Part shown: piece by piece, positions 1-10,800 of the stretch
How the letters are laid out: each line of letters opens with the position of its first letter
Numbering within the stretch: the first letter of the stretch is position 1
IMG/VR virus record: IMGVR_UViG_3300047496_000382
Source of the DNA: a virus
Reading direction: 5' to 3' (one strand)
Length of the DNA stretch: 64,000 bases
Notes under the pieces: generated by a model
Told to the model about the DNA's origin: nothing
Seen by the model: only the letters and a program-made list of their open reading frames with translations
Database searches by the model: none
Program-made: the position numbers and the translations under genes

Positions 1-353
1 ACAGTCCGGAGTAGTTCGACCGACTCGTTGACAGCGTCGCAGTCCGCGGTCCGGCCGCGTGCCTCCAAGACCACCCGCTTCGCAGCGTGTGCAGGATGGG
101 CGCAGCGTGAGACAACGTCAACGTGTCCTTGCACGCAAGGAGGCAGCCCCATGGTCTGCACTTCATCGCGCTGTCGCTGCGGGCAGCGGCGCAGCGCATC
201 ACGAACCAAGTCCGCTGCAGCATCGTCAGTCTCGAAGCGCGCGCACTCATCGCACCTCTCGACGTAGGCGAAGTCCGTGCGCCCACTGGACGCCATCGGG
301 AAGACCGCACCGGGCACCAGCGCCATGCGGCAGTACTCACACCAACGCGGCAT
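1..353 (-). CDS. hypothetical Cys-motif protein, partial (runs off window start)
   Basis: Manual translation MPRWCEYCRM...VERCDEC; SD GGAGG; downstream of the 412-441 promoter. Confidence 0.6.
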   Translation of the reverse strand, partial: MPRWCEYCRMALVPGAVFPMASSGRTDFAYVERCDECARFETDDAAADLVRDALRRCPQRQRDEVQTMGLPPCVQGHVDVVSRCAHPAHAAKRVVLEARGRTADCDAVNESVELLRT

Positions 354-411
354 GAATCCTCCAGAACGACGAGCTTCCCAGCCCGCGGGATGCGGAGGGG
401 CGTCGTCACTT

Positions 412-441
412 CTCTTATGCCCTGGAGGGCGTTGTGGTTGC
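412..441 (-). promoter_or_regulatory. class I phage promoter
   Basis: GCAACC-N14-GGCATAAGAG. Confidence 0.7.
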
Positions 442-599
442 TAGTAGACGCCGGTGGCCCGACAGTTGTGGAACGAGCCCACGACCACCCGAAAGCCGTA
501 GCGCTTGAAGAACGCCAACCAGCGAGCGCCCGGGAGCGGGAACACGAGGCGCCCGTAGCTCCAGGTGGTGTGGTGCACGCAGTCGGTAGGCAGGTTCAT
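441..599 (-). CDS. small hypothetical protein (52 aa)
   Basis: ATG overlaps the upstream TGA (ATGA); MNLPTDCVHH... Confidence 0.5.
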   Translation of the reverse strand: MNLPTDCVHHTTWSYGRLVFPLPGARWLAFFKRYGFRVVVGSFHNCRATGVY

Positions 600-1588
600 C
601 ACTCGTCCCGCAAGTCGTCTTCGAGCCGCGCGCGGTTGTAGTTGCGGATGGCGATTTCGAGCTGGGGCTTGTTTCCCTTCAGGCGCACGAGGCCGCTCTC
701 GTCCCAGATGAGGTCCGTGTCGGGGTCGAACTGGTGCTCGGCGAGCGCCTTCCAGCGGCTCTCGTACTTGCGGTTCGGACGCCCACCGTGGAAGTTGTGC
801 TCGATGTGCCCGTACGAGCAGCCGACCTCACCGTGCGTGAGCTGCAGCGCGCGGTCCTGCCACTCGAGGATGCGGCGGCGGTAGCCGCCGTTGATGGTGC
901 TGTTAAGGCTCTTGCCGCCCTCGCCGATGGCCGAGTACGCCATGTGCCAGTCGCCGGCGCCGAGGATGGCGAAGTCCATCAGCCCGCCGACGCGCTCGTA
1001 GAACTTGCGCGTGCACGCCCAGGCGTAGCCGGTGTGACCGTTGCCGTAGGGGCCATCGAGCCGCAGCTGGTCGTGTCGAAGCCCGCGCGATTGGCAGACG
1101 TAGCCGAAGCTGTTGACCATGCGCTGCGCGCGCCCACGGAAGCCGAGGTCGACAGCGCTCTCCCACGGCTGGATGAGGTGGAAGTGCTGGAGCTGGTGCA
1201 TCGCCTCGAGCGCCCACTTCGGGTCTCGGAAGAGGATGTCCATGTCGACCCAAGCGAGGTACTTCCAGTCGCGCGGAAGCAGATGCTTCACACCGAGGTT
1301 CACCATCGACTCCTTTATCCAGCACTGGCTCTCAGTGCGCAGATGCAGGTGCCGCGAGTGTCCCATCTCGACGATTTCGTGATGCCTGTCGCCGTACGCC
1401 GTTTCGACGACGTAGGCCGCCACGTTGGGCGTCTCTTCCATCTGCGCGACCCAATCGCGCGCATGTCGGTAGCGCGCCTGGAAGCGCTCCGGGTTCGAGA
1501 CCACACCGATGACGTGCAACGTGCTGTCGGTGACCAGGTCTGGATGTCTGACGTGCTGAACGAGGTGCTCTCGGTGCGTGCTGCTCAT
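599..1588 (-). CDS. GT-A fold glycosyltransferase-like protein
   Basis: WIKESMVNLG, LAWVDMDILF (DxD), GYAWAC and GAGDWHMA motifs. Confidence 0.7.
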   Translation of the reverse strand: MSSTHREHLVQHVRHPDLVTDSTLHVIGVVSNPERFQARYRHARDWVAQMEETPNVAAYVVETAYGDRHHEIVEMGHSRHLHLRTESQCWIKESMVNLGVKHLLPRDWKYLAWVDMDILFRDPKWALEAMHQLQHFHLIQPWESAVDLGFRGRAQRMVNSFGYVCQSRGLRHDQLRLDGPYGNGHTGYAWACTRKFYERVGGLMDFAILGAGDWHMAYSAIGEGGKSLNSTINGGYRRRILEWQDRALQLTHGEVGCSYGHIEHNFHGGRPNRKYESRWKALAEHQFDPDTDLIWDESGLVRLKGNKPQLEIAIRNYNRARLEDDLRDE

Positions 1589-1662
1589 GTCCCCTGAACC
1601 TCCGGCAGGAGACAGTAGCGCCCGTGCCGCGGCTTGTCATGTGACTACTGCGTGCTGCGCGT

Positions 1663-3399
1663 TTAGAAGCTCGGGGTCGAGAAGCGCGCACCCGTCGTTA
1701 GGTCCAGCGCGGCGTAGACGCCGTCGGTCGAGAAGTTCGCAGTGAGCTGCGCCCACGTCGTACAAGCCTGTGCGGGCAACGTTGGAACACCCGACACAAG
1801 AGGCGGAAGAGACGTCTTACCCCCGATGGACAGTTCTGTTGTTCCGGTGATTGTCGGAACAACGCCGAAGTCTGCCTGCACATTCGCGCCGGAATCAACG
1901 GCCAATCCGACGTCGTTGCCCGCGCCGAAGATAGTTGCCCCGCTGAAGAACTGCACAGTTGCGCCCTGACCGGCGAACATCCCACCTGGTGTATTTGCAG
2001 ACCCGAGGTGCGCACCGAAGATGCTCAGACGTCCAGAGATGTCGAGCAGGGAGTTACCCCCATAGACGGCATAACCGCCACCTGCAGCACCGCTTCCGAA
2101 GAAGGCGGTGTCATGCGTCTCAACTGTCGCGCCAGTGACCTCCAACAGGCAGTTGAAGAAAGTGCAGCCCGCGAACGCCCAGTACCCAAGGTTGACCTTG
2201 AAGAGGCCGCCATCGATAGTCGAGGTAGTGATGCAGCCCAAAAGGTTGCCTCCGGACCCGAAGGGCGTGCCGGTGATTTCGCATCCTTGAAAGATGTCGT
2301 CGTTGACGTTCTCAAGGCCAACGAGGGGACGCACCTTCACGTTTGAATAGATGACCTGCGTGTTCTGCGCATGCGAGCATGTGCGGTTGATTTGCACGGG
2401 GTCAACGAACTGCACCGTGTCGCCTGGCTGCGGATTGTCCAGCACTCCAGACGTCGGGACAACCCACTCCCCCGTCAAGTAGGACAGAAGACCGCCGCCA
2501 GTGAGATAGCCGACACAACGCACCGCGGGGCCGGCCCCAACAAGACAAATGACCTTCTGATAGCTGGTACCCAGCGGCGGTCCCGCCCCTACGAAGGCGA
2601 TGGTGTTGGCGAGTGGCCCGGCGCCGGGTGTGTAGCTCGAAACAATTTGCGTGCTATCGACGTTGACCTGCCCTTGAAGGGTAAGCGTGATGAACGACAA
2701 CGCCGGGTCGGCGCTCTGGAAGAGCCACATCGGTCGGTCTGCCCCCGGAAGGTCAGACAGGATGGTGATGGTGGTGCTTTGATAGAACTCACCAGACGTT
2801 CGGCGGTCAATCTCCGCCATCGTGCGAACAGGCGAACCTGGGTGTCCGTTCGCTTCGTCATTGCCTGAAGCAGGGTCCACCGTCCAAGAAGCCTGTGACT
2901 GCCATGTGACCGAGGGGATAGGCACCCAAATCCAGAAGCCACTCGTCGACACATCAGCGAAGACTGTTGTCGGGCCAACAACCGCGCCTGCTGGAAGTGC
3001 ACCAGGGCTCCACTTGAACCACCTATCAAGCGACGCAACAAAGGCCTGCTGCCCTGCCCGAAGACCCGAAGCGTCCACGGCGGCAAGTCCGGCCACGTTC
3101 GCAAATGAGTACGACACTGGCGTCGTGGACAAGTTGACCGGTGTCCATGTCACCAAGTCGGCTGAGAGCTTGTAGAGCTGCGCCGGCGAACCGGGCTGCG
3201 ACTCATCAGCAACAACGAGCGCGTGGCTGTTTAGTTTGCGCGTCGCAGGGATGATGGTCGTTCCATCTGTCAGCGAAGCAAAGGTAGGAACAGGGCGCAG
3301 CCCTCCCTTGAACCAGATGTCTTCCAGAAGGTACTTGTCCCCTCCACCGAGCGGCTCGAGGAACGAACTGACGAGTGTGGCGCCGGGCGTATTGGGCAT
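1663..3399 (-). CDS. tail fibre/spike-like virion protein
   Basis: N-terminal YLLEDIWFKGGLR motif; VDPASGNDEANG..SPVRT beta-helix entry motif; G/T/V-rich. Confidence 0.6.
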   Translation of the reverse strand: MPNTPGATLVSSFLEPLGGGDKYLLEDIWFKGGLRPVPTFASLTDGTTIIPATRKLNSHALVVADESQPGSPAQLYKLSADLVTWTPVNLSTTPVSYSFANVAGLAAVDASGLRAGQQAFVASLDRWFKWSPGALPAGAVVGPTTVFADVSTSGFWIWVPIPSVTWQSQASWTVDPASGNDEANGHPGSPVRTMAEIDRRTSGEFYQSTTITILSDLPGADRPMWLFQSADPALSFITLTLQGQVNVDSTQIVSSYTPGAGPLANTIAFVGAGPPLGTSYQKVICLVGAGPAVRCVGYLTGGGLLSYLTGEWVVPTSGVLDNPQPGDTVQFVDPVQINRTCSHAQNTQVIYSNVKVRPLVGLENVNDDIFQGCEITGTPFGSGGNLLGCITTSTIDGGLFKVNLGYWAFAGCTFFNCLLEVTGATVETHDTAFFGSGAAGGGYAVYGGNSLLDISGRLSIFGAHLGSANTPGGMFAGQGATVQFFSGATIFGAGNDVGLAVDSGANVQADFGVVPTITGTTELSIGGKTSLPPLVSGVPTLPAQACTTWAQLTANFSTDGVYAALDLTTGARFSTPSF

Positions 3400-3400
3400 C

Positions 3401-4327
3401 TCACACCCCCTTCATGTTGATGGGACCGAGGCCGAAGTTGAACGTACGGTTGAGGATGTACACCACGTCAATCCCGTTTGTAGGAACTACAACACTTCCA
3501 ACTTGGATGACGCCGCCTGGGTACAAGGGCGACCCTGGATTCGGGTAAACGAACCAGTTGGACGGTGTACCGAGCGGGACTGGGATGGCGACAAAGCCGT
3601 AGTTCGAGGCACCGGTATCCATCTGCGCGTCGATGCCATAGCTCGTTTGAAGACTGTTCGCGCCGAGGCCCGTCACGAACGCCGCGTCGTAGGAACCCGG
3701 GTCAACGGATGCACCATAGTAGATGCGCGCACCGGCAATGGTTTGCCCGACTGCCGTCTTGGTGTCCGCCCCGAACACAGCAGAAAGGGTGAAGACCTCT
3801 GTGCCCAATACCGCCGGAATGGAGATGAGCGTGCCATAGTTCCAGCTCGTGAAAGGCGTCGAGAGTGCCTGCGCAGGCGGATGGCCAGCGCGCAGCACCG
3901 ACACGCTGTCTGGCGTCCCTGCGTAGCTCGCTGTTCCTGTCGCCGCGAATGAAGCGCCGACCTCAACTAGGGAAGGCAGCACACTCCACTCCGTGATGCC
4001 GAGGGCAGGCACCGAACCCGGAACGGCAAAGACAATCTTCGAGCCGTCCCAGGTCAGCACACTTCCTGGTGGTCGGGTCGCGAAGGACACGGGGTCAAAG
4101 GGAAGACCGAGGGCTGCAACCACGCGCGCGACGCCAGAAGTAACAGTCACATCTCCGCTGGTGATGCCGCCTAGTGCCATCGCAAAGACGGCGTCGAAGG
4201 CGCTCCCGAGCTCCTGCCGCAGCTCATAGAAAAGACCGCCCCACCCTTGGCCTGGCTTCACCAGGCTCACGGACGAAGCAGTCAGCTTGCTGCTACTCGG
4301 CTTCGACGAGAAGAACGGGTTGCCCAT
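3401..4327 (-). CDS. putative virion fibre/appendage protein
   Basis: N-terminal ~45 aa nearly the same as that of 4529-7831; beta-rich composition. Confidence 0.6.
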   Translation of the reverse strand: MGNPFFSSKPSSSKLTASSVSLVKPGQGWGGLFYELRQELGSAFDAVFAMALGGITSGDVTVTSGVARVVAALGLPFDPVSFATRPPGSVLTWDGSKIVFAVPGSVPALGITEWSVLPSLVEVGASFAATGTASYAGTPDSVSVLRAGHPPAQALSTPFTSWNYGTLISIPAVLGTEVFTLSAVFGADTKTAVGQTIAGARIYYGASVDPGSYDAAFVTGLGANSLQTSYGIDAQMDTGASNYGFVAIPVPLGTPSNWFVYPNPGSPLYPGGVIQVGSVVVPTNGIDVVYILNRTFNFGLGPINMKGV

Positions 4328-4370
4328 GCATCGAGACTACCACCGCACCGTGTTGGCCTGGAATCGACGC

Positions 4371-4514
4371 CTACACCTTCCCCACCACACGACGCTCCAT
4401 CGCGCCATTTTGCCCGACCTGGCGGAAGTACACCGTAGCAGGAGGAAGTGCTGCGAGCTGCTCCTTCGTGAGCAGCTTGCCCTTCTCGTCATAGAAGCGA
4501 ACCGTGAAGTCCAT
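4371..4514 (-). CDS. small hypothetical protein (47 aa)
   Basis: Manual translation MDFTVRFYDEKGKLLTKEQLAALPP...; fills the gap between two genes. Confidence 0.45.
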   Translation of the reverse strand: MDFTVRFYDEKGKLLTKEQLAALPPATVYFRQVGQNGAMERRVVGKV

Positions 4515-4528
4515 CTAATTTTTGCCTT

Positions 4529-7500
4529 TCACGCGACACGCCACCACTGCGTGCCATCAGACTCCAAGGTCACCGATTGGTAGTCACCCATGAAGAAGTT
4601 GGGTGTTGCACCGTTGACCACGTTGTAGATGTTCTGCCCCCCACTGGTGAAAACTTGTAGCGAGCCCGTTCCCCCCTTTGTGATGCGAACGCGCGGAAAG
4701 CCAAGCGTTGCGTCGGGAAGGTTGATGACGTTGGTGGCGACAAGATTCGCAGTGTACGAAATCCAATCCGCCGAATGCGCGGTGACAGTTGCGCCATCTA
4801 CGGGGGTAACAGAGTTCCAACCCAGCGCACCGATGACGGGGGTGGGCCCCGTCAGTGTATCGAGCGACGGATTCCGCCACACGCTCGAGAGCGCGTAGGG
4901 ACACGTGCCCGTCTTGTTGATGGTGCCGAACGCAGCACCACCTTGGTAGAGCGTGCAGTGCGAGATAGTCAGCGAATCCGTACCGCTGTTCGTGGTCGAA
5001 ACGATTGAAGGACAGAATCCACCTTCAATCGTCACTTTCCCGGCGGCGTGCGTGAGAAGCCCAAGCCCTTCGGTGTCGACAAGAAGAAGCGCGCAGTTCA
5101 CCGTCGATTGCGTAATCGTCGCACCCCCTCGTGTGCGCCACATCGAGACCTGTGAATTCGCAGCAGGTGCTCCGCCGATACTAACGGGACCGCTGATGGT
5201 GCAGTCAGTGAACTCATGCCACCGAGCCCACGCACCCGTGAATTGGATGCCCCCACCACCCTCGAATCCAACGTTCGAGAAGTAGTTGCGCCCTGCACTT
5301 GAGTCGATGAGGTCAGGCTGCGTGCCGCCTGGGTACGCGAACTTGATGTCTTTGACCCGCACGTGCGTCGCGGTGCCTGAAATCGTCAAGTTCCCGGTGA
5401 CGACGATGTTCTGTGAATCCTTCGGCGTCGGTTGGAACGCCGCCAGATACAGACCCCCGTTGTAGTTGTTGATGACGAGATTTTCATTGTACGTGCCGGC
5501 ATGCACGATGATTGCGGCGTTCGCGACACCCAGCGCGATTGCCGCGTTGATGCCCGCCTGGATGGTCGTGTACGGATGCGCGTAGCTGCCATCGGAGACA
5601 CCAGAGTACGACCCCCAAACATGAACCTCCCAGTAGCCAACACCGGTGATGAACTTGCCCGTGCCGACAGGAGCGAGCGTGCTGTTGGCGTAACTCGCAC
5701 CACGGAGGTCGACGGTGACGCCGTCACCTGCCGTGATGACGCTTGCGCCTGCGCCGTTGAAGAGGTTGCCGAACAGCTTGGCACCACCCCAGTCGACTAC
5801 AAGCCCTGCGGGGTCGGCAGTCTCGACCGCCAGCGCGCCGGCAATGGTGCCGCCACCGAGGCAGAAGAATGCCGGGCCAAGCATTGGCGCAGGAAAAGCC
5901 GTCATGTCGGGGAACTGCACCTGCGAGGCATTTCCTGGGCCAAAGACGGACCCGAGGAGGCCCTGCACGCCTACGATGGGACCGATGTTGACCGCACCTG
6001 GTCCAAGTGTGTTGACCAGCGTAGCGCCGACCCAGGGTGCACCACGATTCGGCACGGTGATGTTCTCGAACGCCGTACTGACGTCGGTGTCGAGCGGGTA
6101 GCTCTCGATGTAATTGCACGTGCCGCTATCTGGGACGAAGATGACGGGTGTGCCCTGCGCCTGCACACCGTTGATGCTTGCGCCGTTACTGACTTGCACT
6201 GAACACAAGCCGTTCGCTGTGGGGGGCGCTCCTGGGCGGTAGTCAGCGCAAAATTGGATGACGCTGCCGATGCCCGCGTTCGGCCCGCTGACACTGAGCT
6301 GCCCATTCCAGACGCGAACACTCGGTCCGGTGCCGTTTGCATTGACGCCGACACCGTTGCCCGCGCTGCTGATGAAGTTGACCTGCGCGCTCTTGATGTA
6401 GAGTGGAACCCCTGTGCCCGACGGATTCCCGCCCGCGTTGTTGATGTTGCAGTTGAGGAAGCAGACGTCACTGAACGCGCCCTCCTGTGATGCCGCGGCA
6501 GACCCGTCCAAGTGAACCGTATTCGACACAAGGTCTTGCGTGTTGAATCCGATGTCTTCGAACGAAATGTTGCTCGGAGGGTACGAGCCCATCGGCGTCG
6601 CACCGAGCTGCCAGAAAAAGGAGGGTCCTGACTGCGCGCCGATGTTGGTTGCGTTCGAGCCCGACCCCCGGATGCGGATGTTGTTCGCGAGAGACAAAGG
6701 CCCCATCGAGAGGGACTCATTAGAGTAGCCCTCCGTGATACGGACCTCGTAACCGGAGTAGCCGAAACCGCCAGGAAGACGCGCAGCCGCATCTGCGGCC
6801 ATGATGGCGTTCAGTGCCGACTGGATGAGGTTGAAGGGGTTGTTGAACGAGCCATCGCCGACGGGAGCTGGACCTCCAAGACGCCCGCTGATGTCGACGA
6901 ACCAGAGGCCCGGCACCATCCCGCCCTGTGCAAGCGGAAATAGGTTCACAGTGCCCTGCCAAGCACCCTCATTCAGCGCCGACGCAGGCACTGTGTCGTC
7001 GTAGAAGACGTTCAACACGGGTCCAGGGCCAGCACTGAAGCTCGGCATCTGGAAGGGGTGCGTTGCGTCTGTCGGCAGGGCTTCTGTCACTACAACATTG
7101 AGCGTGCTGCCCGTGCCCCCGATGACTTGGGTGTTCCACGCACCCCCGTCCATGAGGTTCGGGAACGGGTTGTTGCACTTGTCGATGTAGAGGGTGAAGT
7201 CCGGGTTAGGAAAGATGCCCAGAGCAAGATTGTCGAAGTCACCCGCGCGTTGAATGCCTGCATTGTTTCTCAGCGAGAAGCGCGGACTGAACTCAGCGCC
7301 AACGTAGACCATGAACTCTGACGTCGAGTTGACGTTGACTACCAGCACTCCGTCGAGCTCGGCAGGCACGTATAGAGCTCCCAACGACGGCCCTGCTGTA
7401 TTGGGGTTGGTGCCGTTCACCGTTCCCAACACAGCGGGTGCGCTTGTTCCTGGTGCTGCGTGAAACACGGCACCGTAGATGAGCTGGTCGATGGGCCAAG

Positions 7501-7831
7501 GCGCAGGAGACTGGTAAGTACAATCGACGAAGACGTGAACGATGGCCGAGCCGTTGTTGAGACCTGCGGCAATCATTGCCGTGTAGAGCTCCCAAGGGTC
7601 GGTGTAGACGTTGCCGCCTGCGGTGCCTCCTGGTTGGTACACGAGCGCGCCGCCGCCACCTCCACCGCCCCCAGCGAGGATGGCGAGGTTCACCAAGTCA
7701 AAAGCCTTCTGCAGGTCTCTCCGCAGGTCGAAGAACAACCCGCCCCAGCCCTGTCCGGGCTTGATGAGCGCGACCGAAGAGCTGGTCAGCTTGTCCGAAG
7801 CGGCGGTTTCCTTGAAGAACGGGTTGGCCAT
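4529..7831 (-). CDS. tailspike-like protein with beta-helix modules
   Basis: Two motifs GDGSFNNPFNLIQSAL and SDGSYAHPYTTIQAGI; fibre-type C-terminus YQSVTLESDGTQWW. Confidence 0.7.
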   Translation of the reverse strand: MANPFFKETAASDKLTSSSVALIKPGQGWGGLFFDLRRDLQKAFDLVNLAILAGGGGGGGGALVYQPGGTAGGNVYTDPWELYTAMIAAGLNNGSAIVHVFVDCTYQSPAPWPIDQLIYGAVFHAAPGTSAPAVLGTVNGTNPNTAGPSLGALYVPAELDGVLVVNVNSTSEFMVYVGAEFSPRFSLRNNAGIQRAGDFDNLALGIFPNPDFTLYIDKCNNPFPNLMDGGAWNTQVIGGTGSTLNVVVTEALPTDATHPFQMPSFSAGPGPVLNVFYDDTVPASALNEGAWQGTVNLFPLAQGGMVPGLWFVDISGRLGGPAPVGDGSFNNPFNLIQSALNAIMAADAAARLPGGFGYSGYEVRITEGYSNESLSMGPLSLANNIRIRGSGSNATNIGAQSGPSFFWQLGATPMGSYPPSNISFEDIGFNTQDLVSNTVHLDGSAAASQEGAFSDVCFLNCNINNAGGNPSGTGVPLYIKSAQVNFISSAGNGVGVNANGTGPSVRVWNGQLSVSGPNAGIGSVIQFCADYRPGAPPTANGLCSVQVSNGASINGVQAQGTPVIFVPDSGTCNYIESYPLDTDVSTAFENITVPNRGAPWVGATLVNTLGPGAVNIGPIVGVQGLLGSVFGPGNASQVQFPDMTAFPAPMLGPAFFCLGGGTIAGALAVETADPAGLVVDWGGAKLFGNLFNGAGASVITAGDGVTVDLRGASYANSTLAPVGTGKFITGVGYWEVHVWGSYSGVSDGSYAHPYTTIQAGINAAIALGVANAAIIVHAGTYNENLVINNYNGGLYLAAFQPTPKDSQNIVVTGNLTISGTATHVRVKDIKFAYPGGTQPDLIDSSAGRNYFSNVGFEGGGGIQFTGAWARWHEFTDCTISGPVSIGGAPAANSQVSMWRTRGGATITQSTVNCALLLVDTEGLGLLTHAAGKVTIEGGFCPSIVSTTNSGTDSLTISHCTLYQGGAAFGTINKTGTCPYALSSVWRNPSLDTLTGPTPVIGALGWNSVTPVDGATVTAHSADWISYTANLVATNVINLPDATLGFPRVRITKGGTGSLQVFTSGGQNIYNVVNGATPNFFMGDYQSVTLESDGTQWWRVA

Positions 7832-7881
7832 CAACGGCCAGACTACTCCGCGCGACAGATTGCGCCAAAGACGCCTACAGC

Positions 7882-10800
7882 TCAGGCAGTGTTTGATGCG
7901 CCCGTTGGCGGGTCTACTTGCGCGCCCTCGGTGATGTCGGAAGAAGTGAACTCGAAGTCTTCTGACTGCGACTGGCCGAGCAGGCGACCTGTCTGCGTCT
8001 CAGGACGGCTGTATTTCCGGACTGGCAAGTCATTGCGTGCCACCGCGCGCGTCGCATCTTGGAAGGCGCCAGCGTAGCTCGCGTTGTTCACGGTGAGCCC
8101 GAAGAAGGCAGAGAACTGCCCACCCAATAGAAGGTCGACCGCCCGGTCAGAGCCCTTCTCGATGTAGCTCTTGATGAGCGCGTCAATGGCGGGCACGGGC
8201 TCCGCTGTGTAGCCCTTCACCGCGCCCTCGAGTGGACCCACGCCGTTGTAGGTCGTGGCCGCTGCGATGGTGAGCTGCTTGAAGAGTGCGATGAGCGCGT
8301 TCGCTGCCGTACTGAGCTGCGCGACCGTGGGGTTCTGGTTGGCGAGCAGCGGGTTGATAAGCCGATTGAGAGACTGGAGGAAGAGCGGGCTCTGTGTTGT
8401 GTTTGCGAGCCACGCGGTGAGCTGTGTCTTGTAGACGCTGTAGTCATTCATCGTGCCGACGCGCAAACGCGCCACCGGTGGAGGCTGCGGCGTGAACGTC
8501 CACGAACCTGACGCTACGGGCACATCGGGTGAGACGCCGATGAGCTTCAGCGTTGTATCGACCGAGGTGATGAGGAACTCACTGCCTACGACGGCATAGT
8601 TGGTGGGGTAGAACTGAAGCAAGTCTCCAGGTTGTAGTCCCCGCGGAATAGAAGGCAGCTGGAACCAGGGGGTGGTCGCCTTCGCATCTGCAGGCGCACC
8701 GAAGATGTAGTCCGAAGCGTTACCGCTTGGAGTCACCCTCGATGCGGTCGTTGTGTCTAGCGAGGTGAGCACAACATCCATCCACCCGAAGTCGCCCGTC
8801 ATGAAGACCGGGTCAGCGCCCGCACGCACCGTTGGCAACGGCGTCTGCAAGACGAAGTCGAGCGGTGAGGTCTGCGAGTCGATGCAGTACGTGCCCTTGT
8901 TCGGCCCCGCCGAGACGTTGAAGGTGGCGTACTTGGTGAAACCACTGACCGTATCGCCGAGCTCGAAGGCCATCGCGCCATCATTGGTGCCTGCGCCAGT
9001 GAAAACCAACACGTCTCCGACAGCGAGCGCCTTCGCCGTCGTGCCGCCGTTGATGGTCTGCAGCATGTACGACTGCAGAAGGTTCGCACCGCTGCGCACG
9101 ACCATTGCGTAGCCAACAGAAGCTGTTCCGCCGTAGGCAATGCTGGTGACAGTGAGCGTGAGCGTGCCCAGCGCGAAGACTGCTGCTCCAGCGCCCTGTA
9201 CTTCAGAGACCGTCACGGTCAATGCGTCAGAGAGATTCGAGCGCACAGGCAGGCCAGAAACCTGTGCACCGAATACTGTCGAGGGCGAGACTTGCGGCAC
9301 GACGGCTGTCGTCGACGACGTCTGCGAAGTCTTGTTCTTGATGTCCTTCACCAGTGTGTCGGCCGTCGTGAGCAAACAGTTCGAAGGCACACCCACCGGC
9401 ATGCCGAGGAGCTGCGCGCTTCCCTTCGACGGCGTGTCATCGCCGATGACTTCGAGCGCGAGCTCGGCAGGCACTTGCACCGCGGGGTTGGTACAACGCA
9501 CACGCACGAACTTGTTGGGTGGCCCCACCTCACAGGGCGCACTGCCTTGAAGCACCGTCGTGCCGGCAATCGTCAGAGTGGTTGATGTCACCGCAGTGAT
9601 GGGCCAGTAGCCTGTGTTCGCACCACTGGTGACCTGAAGGGAGTAGCCGGGCTGCACGCCCAGCGCGACGAAGTCTGTTCCCCCGAACGCCAAGGACACA
9701 ACAGGGTTGAGCCCCGCTGGGATGTTCACCTGGCCAGAGAACACGAGCGGATTGAAGAAGCTCTCGGCCACAACATCGAGACCCACCAAGGCGGCATTGA
9801 TGTCGCTCGCTACTTGGTCAGCAGAGCGCGTCGGTGTTCCGCCCGTGTACGTGCCGGCGGTGAAGCCCAGCACGGCCATCGCAGGTCCACCAACGATGGT
9901 GAACTGCGACGCTTTCGCCCCCACGTGCTGCACGTCTTGTAAGAAGATGCTCGTGAAGAACAACCCTGCCTGGACGCCGAGTGGTTGAAGTGGCGCATTG
10001 AGCTGCGCGACCACGGCATTGATGTCCGCCGGCGCGTTGAAGGTGACGGCGAAGGGGAGCGAGCCAAACTTCATGTTCAGTGTGAGTCCGTCGAGACTGC
10101 CGCCCGGTCCATACGTGAGCCCGGAGAGGTCACCACCGGCCGCCACCGCCTCGGTCGCACCCCCACTCGAAGTGAGCGTCGCAACGTACGTTGTGTTCCC
10201 CACCTTGAGCTTGAACTTGTTGTTGTTCGCCTGGGGGAAGCCGCTCTCTGGCACTGGGCTCGAGCCGTCGCCGATGACGAAGGGCTCGGCCTGGTTGCCG
10301 TCGAACTCTGCGATGGGCGAGGTGGCGAGCTGGATGGCGATGGGTGCGCGCCCGTCCATCGCGAGCGCGAGGGTGTCATTCACGCCGGCGACGATGGCGA
10401 AGGCACCGACCATGAGGCCGTTCACCAGCTGCGCGGGCGTCGCCTTGTGGTTCGCATCCGAGTAGCCGAAGCCGGTGCCCGTCAGCGCAAAGAAGTCCGT
10501 CGGCGGGTTGAAGGTGCCGAACGTGGTCACCGCACTCTTGGCCGCGAGCAGGTTCAGGATGGCGGTGCGCACGTAGCCAAGCCGGTCCTCGCGCGACAGC
10601 GAGTTCAAGACGTCGGCATCTGCCCCGACCAAGGCCGCTGCGTTGTTGAGCACGTTGGTCGCGAGGAGCTGCGGCAGGTTCAGGCCGGCGTAGTCGTCCA
10701 GCGCCCCCGCCAAGAGCTGCACCTTCGCCACCAAGGCCGCATGCTGCGCCGTCAGCTGACTCATCAGCCCCGGAATGGCTGCGCGCGCCTGTTGAGGCGT

